Source of the DNA: Arcobacteraceae bacterium
GTDB taxonomy: Bacteria; Campylobacterota; Campylobacteria; Campylobacterales; Arcobacteraceae
Length of the DNA stretch: 64,000 nt
Direction: 5' to 3'
NCBI GenBank assembly: GCA_965224485.1
Contig: CBDCZH010000010.1
Span: forward strand, 96,001-160,000
How positions within the stretch are numbered: position 1 is the first letter of the stretch; each line of letters opens with the position of its first letter. The position numbers and the translations under genes were made by a program. The notes below the pieces were generated by a model. The model had not been told where the DNA came from and searched no databases. It saw only the letters and a program-made list of their open reading frames with translations. Below, piece by piece: positions 21,606 through 31,600 of the stretch.

Positions 21606-23381
21606 ATGACTAGATTAATTACAGGTGTAATTTCAAGTGTTACTGTGACTTCAATTCTTTTATTTACTGGGTGTGGAGAGAAGAAAGAAGAAAAAAAAGT
21701 ACAAATAAAAGAAGAGGTAAAAAAAGCTGTTGCAACAGTTGAAACAGTTCCTAAGAATATGGATAAGTGGTTAGCTGAATTTAATCCTTCTGTTTTAAGT
21801 GAAAATGAGCAAAAATCAGAAATATCTTGGTTTGCGCAAGCTGCTAAACCTTATAAAGGAATGACGATAAAAGTTGTTTCAGAAGGAATAGGTACTCACG
21901 TTTATGAAAGTAAAGTTTTAACAAAAGCTTTTTACGATTTAACTGGTATAAAAGTGATTCATGACATTATTGGTGAAGGTGATGTTGTTGAAAAGTTACA
22001 AACACAAATGCAAACGGGTCAAAATATATATGATGCATATATTAATGATTCTGATTTAATTGGTACTCATTGGAGATATCAACAAGCCAGAGATTTAACC
22101 GCTTGGATGAAAGGTGAAGGGGCAGATGTTACAAATCCTGGCTTAGACTTAAATGATTTTATTGGACTTGATTTTACAACTGGTCCTGATGGAAAGTTAT
22201 ATCAACTTCCAGATCAACAATTTGCAAACCTTTATTGGTTTAGAGCTGATTGGTTCGCTAATAAAAAAAATATGGCTGATTTCAAAAAAAGATATGGTTA
22301 TGATTTAGGTGTTCCAGTTAATTGGTCTGCTTATGAAGATATTGCTGAGTTTTTTACTGGTCGTGTAATTGATGGTAAAAAAGTTTATGGACATATGGAT
22401 TATGGTAAAAAAGATCCTTCTTTAGGTTGGAGATTTACTGATGCTTGGATGTCTATGGCTGGAATGGGTGATAAAGGAGAACCAAATGGTTTACCTGTTG
22501 ATGAGTGGGGAATTAGAGTAAATTCAAAATCTCAACCTGTTGCTTCTTGTGTGAATAGAGGAGGAGCTACAAATTCACCAGCTGCTGTTTATGCAATAAA
22601 GAAATATTCTGAGTGGTTAAAAAAATACGCACCTCCTAGTGCCGCTGGTATGGTTTTCTCTGAAGCTGGACCTGTTCCTGCTCAAGGTGAAATAGCACAG
22701 CAAATGTTCTGGTATACAGCTTTTACAGCTGATATGGTAAAAGAAAAAATTGCAGTCGTTAATGAAGACGGAACTCCTAAATGGAGAATGGCTCCATCAC
22801 CTCATGGTGCATATTGGGAAAAAGGAATGAAAATTGGTTATCAAGATGCTGGTTCTTGGACTTTAATGAAATCAACTCCTATAAAAAGATCAAAAGCTGC
22901 TTGGTTATATGCACAATTTGTTACTTCAAAAACTGTTGATTTAAAAAAGTCACATGTAGGTTTAACTTTTATTAGAGAATCATCTATTAACCATGAATCT
23001 TTTACAAAAAGAGCTAAAAAACTTGGTGGATTAATTGAGTTTTATAGATCTCCAGCACGTGTTCAATGGTCTCCAACTGGAACTAATGTTCCTGATTATC
23101 CAAAATTAGCACAATTATGGTGGCAAAATATTGGTGATGCATCATCTGGTGCTAAAACTGCTCAAGAAGCTTTAAATTCTCTTTGTTTAGCACAAGAAAA
23201 AGTTCTTAAAAGATTGGAAAGAGCTGGTGTTCAAGGTGATATTGGTCCAAAACTTAATAAAGAAAGTTCTGAAGAATACTGGTTAAAACAAGAAGGTTCT
23301 CCAAAAGCTAAATTAGCTAATGAAAAACCAAAAGCAATAACTATCTCTTATGATGAACTAATTAAATCTTGGTCTAAATAA
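21606..23381 (+). CDS. Glycerol ABC transporter substrate-binding lipoprotein (GlpV-like)
   Basis: Lipobox FTGC, YQLPDQQFANLYWFR, GHMDYGKKDPSLGWRFTDAW, NVPDYPKLAQLWW. Confidence 0.85.
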   Translation: MTRLITGVISSVTVTSILLFTGCGEKKEEKKVQIKEEVKKAVATVETVPKNMDKWLAEFNPSVLSENEQKSEISWFAQAAKPYKGMTIKVVSEGIGTHVYESKVLTKAFYDLTGIKVIHDIIGEGDVVEKLQTQMQTGQNIYDAYINDSDLIGTHWRYQQARDLTAWMKGEGADVTNPGLDLNDFIGLDFTTGPDGKLYQLPDQQFANLYWFRADWFANKKNMADFKKRYGYDLGVPVNWSAYEDIAEFFTGRVIDGKKVYGHMDYGKKDPSLGWRFTDAWMSMAGMGDKGEPNGLPVDEWGIRVNSKSQPVASCVNRGGATNSPAAVYAIKKYSEWLKKYAPPSAAGMVFSEAGPVPAQGEIAQQMFWYTAFTADMVKEKIAVVNEDGTPKWRMAPSPHGAYWEKGMKIGYQDAGSWTLMKSTPIKRSKAAWLYAQFVTSKTVDLKKSHVGLTFIRESSINHESFTKRAKKLGGLIEFYRSPARVQWSPTGTNVPDYPKLAQLWWQNIGDASSGAKTAQEALNSLCLAQEKVLKRLERAGVQGDIGPKLNKESSEEYWLKQEGSPKAKLANEKPKAITISYDELIKSWSK

Positions 23382-23388
23382 GTTAGAA

Positions 23389-23469
23389 AACTAAGTTGAG
23401 TCAAACTCAACTTAGTTATAAAAAATATTTTATAGTCTAAATAAGATGTAAAATATTTTTTATAACTAA
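23389..23469 (+). terminator. Two overlapping stem-loops between glpV and glpK
   Basis: 13-bp stem AACTAAGTTGAGT/ACTCAACTTAGTT (23389-23417) and a perfect 21-bp stem (23412-23469). Confidence 0.65.
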
Positions 23470-23483
23470 AGGAAAGAGAAGAT

Positions 23484-24982
23484 ATGAAATACATTTTATC
23501 AATAGATCAAGGAACAACTTCAAGTAGAGCAATTTTATTTGATAAAAATATGAAAATAAAAGCCAGTGCTAATGAAGAATTTACTCAATACTTTCCAAAA
23601 TCAGGCTGGGTCGAGCATAAACCTGATGATTTATATGAGACAGTTATAAATGTATGTAAAGAAGTAATTAAAAAATCTAATATAAAAGTAAAAGATATTC
23701 TATCAATTGGTATTACAAATCAGAGAGAAACAACAATAGTTTGGGATAAAAAAACTGGGAAAGCTATATATAATGCGATAGTATGGCAGGATAGACGAAC
23801 TTCTAAAATGTGTCAGGCTTTAAAAAAAATGGAAATGAAGATAAGTTAAGAGAAAAAACTGGCTTATTATTTGACCCTTATTTTTCTGGAACAAAATTAA
23901 AATGGATTTTGCAAAATGTGAAAGGTGCAAAAGAAAAAGCCTTAAATAATGAACTTCTTTTTGGAACTGTTGATTCATATTTAATTTGGAGGCTAAGTAA
24001 GAACAAAAGACATGTAACTGATGCTACAAATGCAGCTAGAACTATGTTGTTTAATATTAAAACTCAGAAGTGGGATAAAGATATTTGTTCTTTACTTGAT
24101 ATTCCTATGAATATGTTGCCTGAGGTAAAAGATTGTGCTAGTGATTTTACGGTTGTAAGTAAAAAAATATTTGGATATGAAATTCCTGTAAATGGTGTTG
24201 CTGGTGATCAACAATCAGCTGCTATTGGACAGGCTTGTTTTAAAAAAGGAATGATAAAATCAACATATGGAACAGGATGTTTTGCTTTACTTAATACAGG
24301 TTCTCAAATGGTTTTATCTCAAAATAAATTAATAAGTACTATTGCTTATAGATTAAATGGTAAAACTACTTATGCTCTTGAGGGTTCAATTTTTGTAGCA
24401 GGTGCTATTGTTCAGTGGTTAAGAGATGGTTTAAAGATTATAAAAAATGCAAAAGATACAAATAAATTAGCAAAAAACTCTGATAAGGAGCAAGAATTAT
24501 ATATAGTTCCTGCTTTTACTGGTCTTGGTGCTCCTTATTGGGATCCTGATTGTAGAGGGGCAATTTTTGGACTTACTCGAAATTCAGGACCTGCTGAGTT
24601 TGCTAAAGCTGCTTTAGAAAGTGTTGCTTATCAAAGTAAAGATTTATTAGATGCTATGAAAGAAGACTGTTTACGAAGTAATAATAAAATTTCTAAGAAA
24701 ACTGTCTTAAGAGTTGATGGAGGTATGGCTGCTTCTTCTTTTACGATTCAAAATTTAGCTGATATCTTAGGCTCTTGTGTTGATAGACCAAAAATACTTG
24801 AAACAACAGCTTTGGGTGTTGCTTATTTAGCTGGTATGTATATTGGTTTTTATCCCAACAAAGAAGAGTTTGCTAAAAAATGGAAATTAGATAAGAGATT
24901 TAAACCAAAGATGGATAAAGAAACAAGTAAAAGAAAGTACTCTTTGTGGCAAGATGCTGTTAAAAGAACTCTAAGTAAATAG
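23484..24982 (+). pseudogene. glpK: Glycerol kinase split by a frameshift in an A8 tract (23822-23829)
   Basis: N-part [25 protein letters not shown]-part [30 protein letters not shown]. One added A gives [13 protein letters not shown]. Confidence 0.9.
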
Positions 24983-25074
24983 TATTTATATACTAAAAAA
25001 CTATCATATACAAAATTAAAATACAAAAAAATTAAATTATATTTTAAAGAAGCCTATATAATAGGCTCTTTAAA

Positions 25075-25137
25075 TATTATGTTGTTATAATGATTAAGCT
25101 TTACGTAAGTTTATAGTTGTTATGATGTTATAACAAC
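25075..25137. promoter_or_regulatory. Palindromic operator-like sites upstream of the aldehyde dehydrogenase
   Basis: GTTGTTATGATGTTATAACAAC (25116-25137) and TATTATGTTGTTATAATG (25075-25092), similar to the 17084 and 17356 sites. Confidence 0.55.
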
Positions 25138-25155
25138 ATATCAACAAGGAATAAA

Positions 25156-26649
25156 ATGAAAACTCTAGAACAAAATGAATTATTAAAATTAAAATTTATA
25201 AAAACATTACAAGAAGAACCTCTTAAAAATTTTATAAGTGGAAAATGGAGAGCAAGTGATGAAATTGCAAAAAATATTAATCCTTCAAATCCAAAAGATA
25301 TAGTTTCTACATTTTATAAAGGTAGTTTTGATCAAATTTTTGAAACTATTAATACTGCACATGAAGTTCAAAAAACATGGAGCAAGTCTTCTATATCTCT
25401 TAGAGCTAAAATTTTAAATGATATTGGAGATAAATTATTAGAGCAAAAAGAATTTTATGGTGAAGTTATTGCAAGAGAAGCTGGAAAACCTATTAAAGAA
25501 GCAATAGATGAAGTTGTTAAATCAGCAGAATTTTTTCACTATTTTTCAGCAGAAGCTATAAGAAACAAAGGTGTTTTTATGGACTCACCCAGAGAAAATG
25601 TAGATATTGAAGTAATAAATGAAGCTATTGGTGTAATTGGAGTTATTACACCTTGGAATTACCCTTTAGCAATTGCTGCTTGGAAAATAGCACCTGCCTT
25701 AGCTTATGGTAATTCAGTTATATTAAAACCATCAAGCCAAACTCCAGCAATTGCTTATTTATTAACAAAAATAATTGATTCTACGTCTTTACCAAAAGGG
25801 GTGTTTTCTCTAGCTTTTGGAAAAGGTGGGGTTATTGGAAATGCTTTAGCTGAGTCAAAAAAAGTACAAGCAATTACTTTTACAGGGTCTGTTGCAGTTG
25901 GACATGAATTAGCAAAAAGATCAATTACTTCTATGACTAAACTTCAATTAGAAATGGGAAGTAAAAATTCATTAATTATTTTAGATGATGCAAATCTTGA
26001 TATTGCAGTTGAGGCTGCTATTAAAGGTGCTTATAATGCAAATGGTCAAAAATGTACTTCTTGCTCTAAACTTATAGTCACTCCTGGTATTTATGATGAG
26101 TTTATTAAAGCTTTTAAGAAAAAGATGGAAACTCTAAGTGTAGGTGATGCTATGGATACAAATAGTCAAATAGGTCCTTGTATTGATAAAAAACAACTAG
26201 ATGAAAACTTAGCTTATATAAAACTAGGTCTTGAAGAAGGTGCAAAATTGGTTTGTGGTGGAGAAGCTATTAAAAGTGAAACAGGTGGATACTTTTTCTC
26301 ACCCGCTCTTTTCGTAGGTGGAAAATCAAGTATGAGAATCAATCAAGAAGAGATGTTTGCTGCTATTGCTTGTGTGATTAAAGCAAAAGATTACGAAGAT
26401 GCGGTTGAGATATTAAATGATACTGAGTTTGGTTTATCAGGTGGAATTATTACAAATAATTTAAAATATGCAATGAGATTTAAACATGATGCAGTTATAG
26501 GAAATGTAATGATTAATCTTCCTACTGCTGGAATGGATAATCATGTACCTTTTGGAGGAAGAAAAAATTCTTCTTATGGTTCTCGTGAGAAGTCTTATGC
26601 ATCAAGTGATTTTTTTACTACTACAAAAACTGTATATATAAAATACTAG
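25156..26649 (+). CDS. NAD(P)-dependent aldehyde dehydrogenase
   Basis: ITPWNYP, LKPS, FTGS, LEMGSKN, GQKCTS catalytic Cys, EEMFA, PFGG. Confidence 0.93.
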   Translation: MKTLEQNELLKLKFIKTLQEEPLKNFISGKWRASDEIAKNINPSNPKDIVSTFYKGSFDQIFETINTAHEVQKTWSKSSISLRAKILNDIGDKLLEQKEFYGEVIAREAGKPIKEAIDEVVKSAEFFHYFSAEAIRNKGVFMDSPRENVDIEVINEAIGVIGVITPWNYPLAIAAWKIAPALAYGNSVILKPSSQTPAIAYLLTKIIDSTSLPKGVFSLAFGKGGVIGNALAESKKVQAITFTGSVAVGHELAKRSITSMTKLQLEMGSKNSLIILDDANLDIAVEAAIKGAYNANGQKCTSCSKLIVTPGIYDEFIKAFKKKMETLSVGDAMDTNSQIGPCIDKKQLDENLAYIKLGLEEGAKLVCGGEAIKSETGGYFFSPALFVGGKSSMRINQEEMFAAIACVIKAKDYEDAVEILNDTEFGLSGGIITNNLKYAMRFKHDAVIGNVMINLPTAGMDNHVPFGGRKNSSYGSREKSYASSDFFTTTKTVYIKY

Positions 26650-26679
26650 TATTTTTTACTTGTATAAAAAGGAGATATT

Positions 26680-28113
26680 ATTAATAAAAAAACAAAAATA
26701 TTAGCAACTTTGGGTCCCAAAAGTGATGATTTAAATACAATTGAAAGTTTAATAAAAAGTGGAGCTAATTTATTTAGATTAAATTTCTCACATGGAACAC
26801 ATGAATATCATTTAAATACATTAAAGAATATTAGAACTGCTATGAAAAATCTAGATACTACTGTTGGGATACTGCAAGATATTTCAGGTCCTAAAGTAAG
26901 AGTAGGTGAGTTAAAAGAAGATTTTAACTTAAAAAAAGGTGATACAATCACTTTTGTAGAAGGTGAAATTATTGGTTATAAAGATTCTAAGAACTCTTAT
27001 AAGGTATCTATAAATTATCCTAGTATTTTACTAAAACTAAAAGTTGGAGAATATATATTTTTATATGATGGAACTATTAGAGCTAAAGTTATTCAAACGT
27101 CAAAATCTGTTATTGCAAGAATTGAAAATAACGGAACCTTAGGTTCAAGAAAAGGTGTAAACTTTCCTAATACTAAAATTGATATAAATGTTCTTACTAA
27201 AAAAGATGAAAAAGATATAGCTTGGGGAGTTAAGAATAAAGTTGATTATTTCGCAATTTCTTTTGTACAAACTTCTAATGATATGCTAAGAGCTAGAAAA
27301 CTTTTAAAAGGTTATAAGGGAAAACTTATTGCTAAGATTGAAAAGTTTGATGCTGTTTTAAATATTGATGATATTATAAAACAAAGTGATGGGTTAATGG
27401 TAGCAAGGGGAGATTTAGGAATAGAAATCCCTTATTATGATGTTCCAAATATTCAAAAAATGCTAATAAGAAAATCCAATGAATCTGGAATCCCTGTAAT
27501 TACAGCAACACAAATGCTCTTATCTATGACGCAAAATGAAAGAGCAACAAGAGCAGAAATATCTGATGTTGCAAATGCAGTTTTAGATGGAACTGATGTT
27601 GTTATGTTAAGCGAGGAAACAGCAGTAGGAGAAGATCCTGCTAATGTTGTAAAAACTATGAGTAATATTATAAAAAAAACTGAAGAAATATATTCATATA
27701 ATAAACAAGAAAAATTAAAATATATTGATGAGTTTGATGTAATACAAGCAAGTGTTTCAAAACTAGCAGATGATTTAAATGCAAAAGGAATCATTGCACT
27801 TACAAGTTCCGGTAAGTCAGCTCTTAAAATATCAAGATATAGACCACGAACTAATATTTATGCTTTTACTCATAAGAAATCAGTTTTAAAACCTTTATCT
27901 ATGTTATGGGGAGTTGAAGCTCTTGATATTATTAAAGAAGCTAGTTCATCTTTAATGCTTAAAAAAATGTTGAAAATATTAGATAAAAAGGGATTATTAT
28001 GTAAACAAGGTCCTTATATTGCAACAATTGGTTATCCTGTTGGAATACCAGGTAGTACTAATACTATTAAAATTTTAAATGAAAATGAGATTGAGTATTA
28101 TTTAAACCTGTAA
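26680..28113 (+). CDS. pyk: Pyruvate kinase (apparent ATT start codon)
   Basis: NKKTKILATLGP, RLNFSHG, DISGPKVR, AKIE, MVARGDLG, TRAEISDVANA; AGGAG RBS 5 nt before ATT 26680. Confidence 0.95.
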   Translation: MNKKTKILATLGPKSDDLNTIESLIKSGANLFRLNFSHGTHEYHLNTLKNIRTAMKNLDTTVGILQDISGPKVRVGELKEDFNLKKGDTITFVEGEIIGYKDSKNSYKVSINYPSILLKLKVGEYIFLYDGTIRAKVIQTSKSVIARIENNGTLGSRKGVNFPNTKIDINVLTKKDEKDIAWGVKNKVDYFAISFVQTSNDMLRARKLLKGYKGKLIAKIEKFDAVLNIDDIIKQSDGLMVARGDLGIEIPYYDVPNIQKMLIRKSNESGIPVITATQMLLSMTQNERATRAEISDVANAVLDGTDVVMLSEETAVGEDPANVVKTMSNIIKKTEEIYSYNKQEKLKYIDEFDVIQASVSKLADDLNAKGIIALTSSGKSALKISRYRPRTNIYAFTHKKSVLKPLSMLWGVEALDIIKEASSSLMLKKMLKILDKKGLLCKQGPYIATIGYPVGIPGSTNTIKILNENEIEYYLNL

Positions 28114-28116
28114 AAC

Positions 28117-28275
28117 TTAGTTCATAAAAAAAGTGACTATTGCCATAACTGCTAAAACAATGGCAATTGTTACAAATATATCTTTTAGTGTAACAGTTGG
28201 ATTTAAAATACCACAGTATTGACATTGTCTTTTTTTATTTTCTACTTCTCTTTTACAATTTCTACAGCTAGCTAT
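28117..28275 (-). CDS. Small zinc-ribbon membrane protein (52 aa, apparent ATA start), missed by the ORF track
   Basis: IASCRNCKREVENKKRQCQYCGILNP (two CxxC) plus C-terminal TM; AAGGA RBS upstream. Confidence 0.65.
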   Translation of the reverse strand: MASCRNCKREVENKKRQCQYCGILNPTVTLKDIFVTIAIVLAVMAIVTFFMN

Positions 28276-28357
28276 AATTTATCCTTTTATTTCTTCTCAT
28301 ATTATCACAAAATGTAATACATTTTCTTTAAGTTCGAATATTCAAGTATACTATTTT

Positions 28358-29620
28358 ATGATTTTACACCTTGACCTAGATTGTTTTTTCGTCTCAGCAC
28401 ACAGAACAATAGATAAAAGCCTTTTTAATATTCCTGTTGCAGTAGGCGGACGATCTAATCTAAATATTTTTAATAAGCAAAAACAAAAAAGATTTATTTC
28501 TAATAATAAAGGAGCTTTTGTAAGCTCAATTTTATCAGAAACCAAAGAAAATGATGAAGAATATTTTATAGATGAGAATGGACGTATAAGAGGTATTATA
28601 ACTACTTCTTCTTATGAAGCAAGGGATTATGGTATAAAAACTGCTATGAGCGTAAATGAAGCCTTGTGCCTTTGTCCTAAGTTAAAAATGGTAGCACCAC
28701 AATATCCCTTATATCATGACTTGTCTTATAAATTAGGAGAGTTTCTAAAATCAAAAGCCCCTCTTGTTGAACAAGCTTCTATTGATGAATATTTCGTAGA
28801 TGTAAGTGGATATATAAAAGATGATGAGGTAGAAGTTTTTGCAAGAAATTTAAAAGATGAGATTATGTACAGATTTAAACTTCCTATTTCAATAGGAATA
28901 GCACAAAGCAAGTATATCTCTAAACTTGCAACAAATGAAGCTAAACCAGATGGTATTAAATTAGTTAATAAAAATGATTTAGACTCTTTTATAAAAGATA
29001 TGCCAATAAATAAATTTCCTGGTATTGGAAAAGGATATTCTAAAAAACTAAGAGGATATGGGATTTCTACTCTAGGAGATATTAAAAGAAAAAAAGAACT
29101 CTTATATTCTTGGAAAAAATCTGGAATTCAACTTTATAATAGAATTTGTGGAATAAATGATTTTACTTTAGAAAAACCAAAAGATTCACAATCTATTGGA
29201 ATAGGAAGAACTTTTGATCCTATTTTTTCAAGAGAAGAGATAAAAAGAAGACTTATTATACTAGCTAGATATTTGGCTTATTTAGTACATAAAAGAGAGG
29301 TTAACCCTCAAAACTTTTATTTAAAAATACAGTATGAGTTTAATATAGAATCTAAGGTAAATATCAGTTTAAATAGAATTTTTTCGGAAGATTTATTTAA
29401 AGAAAAAATCTTAGAACTATTTTTGAAAAATGATGTACACCCTTCTCATAATATAGTGCAATTAAATTTAGCCGTTAGTTCTTTTATGGAAAATAAAATG
29501 GATGCCTATAACTTATTTGAGTATGAAAAAGATTTAAAATTACAAAAACTAAATACTTTTATGAATGAATTAAGAGATAAATTTGGAGTTGATATTATTA
29601 AAAGAGCTAAAGAACTATAA
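28358..29620 (+). CDS. dinB: DNA polymerase IV (Y family)
   Basis: HLDLDCFF, SYEAR.YG, SIDEYF, SIGIA..K.ISKLA. Confidence 0.93.
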   Translation: MILHLDLDCFFVSAHRTIDKSLFNIPVAVGGRSNLNIFNKQKQKRFISNNKGAFVSSILSETKENDEEYFIDENGRIRGIITTSSYEARDYGIKTAMSVNEALCLCPKLKMVAPQYPLYHDLSYKLGEFLKSKAPLVEQASIDEYFVDVSGYIKDDEVEVFARNLKDEIMYRFKLPISIGIAQSKYISKLATNEAKPDGIKLVNKNDLDSFIKDMPINKFPGIGKGYSKKLRGYGISTLGDIKRKKELLYSWKKSGIQLYNRICGINDFTLEKPKDSQSIGIGRTFDPIFSREEIKRRLIILARYLAYLVHKREVNPQNFYLKIQYEFNIESKVNISLNRIFSEDLFKEKILELFLKNDVHPSHNIVQLNLAVSSFMENKMDAYNLFEYEKDLKLQKLNTFMNELRDKFGVDIIKRAKEL

Positions 29621-29652
29621 TAAATGACCCTTAGCTAAACTAGAGTCATTTA
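29621..29652. terminator. Probable bidirectional terminator
   Basis: TAAATGAC...GTCATTTA inverted repeat between convergent genes. Confidence 0.5.
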
Positions 29653-29663
29653 TTTTAAGAAAG

Positions 29664-30098
29664 TCAAGTTGCAAATAGTTCTTTTTTTATGTCTTTAAAT
29701 CCTTTAAATTCTAAAGCATTTCCACTAGGATCACTAAAGAACATAGTGCCTTGCTCTCCAATTTCACCTTCAAAGCGAATATAAGGTTCTATAATAAAAT
29801 TATCAATTTTACTTTTCATTTTTGTAGAAAATATTTTCCACTCTTCCATACTCAGAACTACTCCAAAATGTGGTACAGGAACACTCTTCCCATCGACTCC
29901 ATTACAGATATTATCTATTTTTCCTTCTTTTCCTAAAGAGGCATTTACATGTACTACCATTTGATGTCCAAACATATTATAATCAACCCATGTACTGGAA
30001 CTTCGTCCTTCTTCAAAACCAAGTTTATCACCATAAAAAGCTTTCGCTTCATCTATATCTCTTACTTGTATTGCTAAATGAAATGGTCTTATATTCAT
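29664..30098 (-). CDS. VOC/glyoxalase family protein
   Basis: PFHLAI.V.D, VPVPHFG, TMFFSDPSGNALEFK. Confidence 0.9.
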   Translation of the reverse strand: MNIRPFHLAIQVRDIDEAKAFYGDKLGFEEGRSSSTWVDYNMFGHQMVVHVNASLGKEGKIDNICNGVDGKSVPVPHFGVVLSMEEWKIFSTKMKSKIDNFIIEPYIRFEGEIGEQGTMFFSDPSGNALEFKGFKDIKKELFAT

Positions 30099-30226
30099 AA
30101 ATACTCCTTTATATAAATAATAACATATTAATTTAACTTTTCATAAGTTATTATAGATATTTCTAAAGTTCAAAAGCACTAGGCATAATTGTTTTTTATA
30201 TCATTTTTATTACTCTTACTAGAGTG

Positions 30227-31507
30227 CTATTTCTTTTGCATAATATCTAGGATTATATCATCTGTTTTTTTCATACCTACTTGCGCTAACACTCCAATAT
30301 TTGTAATTGTCTCTTCTATATCTGCAGATATGATTCCCTCTCCATTTTGTAAATATTTGTTATTTAGCGCAAGCATTGAAGAGTCAAAAGCAGCATAAAG
30401 ACCAGTTGCAATTTTTGTAGCACATGAAGCTTTTGCACCATCGCATATAATTCCTGAAACATTCCCTAAGTTATTGGTTATTGCATTAGCTACAGTGTCA
30501 TAAGAAGCATTTTCTAAAAATGTTATGGCTCCTGAAACAGCACTAGCTGCACACATTACCCCACAATAAGCAGAAAGTCTGCCTATATTTGTTTTTAAAT
30601 GAATTGTTGCTAAATGTGAAAACATAAGCCCTCTTACTAATTTCTCCTTAGAAAGATTTCTTTCTTTACAATATTTTATAATTGGTAAAGATGCTGTCAT
30701 TCCTTGATTTCCACTTCCACTTGTAGTCATTACGGGTAAGGAACAGCCACTCATTCTAGCATCACTACCAGCTGCTGTAAAAGATACACATTTATTTCTT
30801 ATATCTTTACCATAAAAACCTAAATTCATATTTTTTTGAATTAAACTTCCTATATTTACACCAAATTCTTCTTTTAATCCTGCATCTGCAATTTTGGAAT
30901 TTAACTTTATTACTTCGTTAAATAAATTTTCTACTTTTTTAAAATCACAATTTTTTGCAAAATTATAGATGCTTTTTATACTTAAAACTGTTCTATCTTC
31001 AAATTTTGTTTTAAAATCAATATCGTTACATACTTGATCTAGTAAAATTTCTGAATTTTTTTCAATTCTTGTTATATTTGTATGAAAATGTTTTATTTCA
31101 ACAAGAGAGCTATTTTGTTTATAAAAAGCTTCTATTTTAATGTAAAGCTTTGCTGCTTTATTATCATGAATTACATTAATATTGTGATTTTTCAGATAAT
31201 CTTTTGCTTTTTTTATATCTTCTTTGTTTAATTCACTAATTACCATTAACTCTTTTTCGCATTTTTCAACACTCATTCCTAAGGCAACAGCTGCTTCAAT
31301 ACCAAACATGCCCTCACTATTAGGTATAATCACAGACTTTACATTTTTTATCATATTACCAGATAAATAGATATTTATTTTTTCAGGTAAATCACCTAAA
31401 ATTTGCTTTGCTTTTGCACTTACATATGCAATAGCAATTGGTTCAGTACATCCTTGAGCTGGAACTATTTCTTCTTTTAGTATATTTATCAATTTTTCAT
31501 TTATCAT
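30227..31507 (-). CDS. L-cysteine desulfidase / serine dehydratase alpha family (YhaM/CdsB-like)
   Basis: GCTEP, SDARMSG, SGSGNQG, GRLSAYCG, CDGAKASCA. Confidence 0.88.
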   Translation of the reverse strand: MINEKLINILKEEIVPAQGCTEPIAIAYVSAKAKQILGDLPEKINIYLSGNMIKNVKSVIIPNSEGMFGIEAAVALGMSVEKCEKELMVISELNKEDIKKAKDYLKNHNINVIHDNKAAKLYIKIEAFYKQNSSLVEIKHFHTNITRIEKNSEILLDQVCNDIDFKTKFEDRTVLSIKSIYNFAKNCDFKKVENLFNEVIKLNSKIADAGLKEEFGVNIGSLIQKNMNLGFYGKDIRNKCVSFTAAGSDARMSGCSLPVMTTSGSGNQGMTASLPIIKYCKERNLSKEKLVRGLMFSHLATIHLKTNIGRLSAYCGVMCAASAVSGAITFLENASYDTVANAITNNLGNVSGIICDGAKASCATKIATGLYAAFDSSMLALNNKYLQNGEGIISADIEETITNIGVLAQVGMKKTDDIILDIMQKK

Positions 31508-31600
31508 AATTTCCTCTTTTATATTTAAGTTTAATTATATTACTATTGATTATGAGATGTCAAATAATGAATAATTATTGATTATATAAAGGATGATTAT

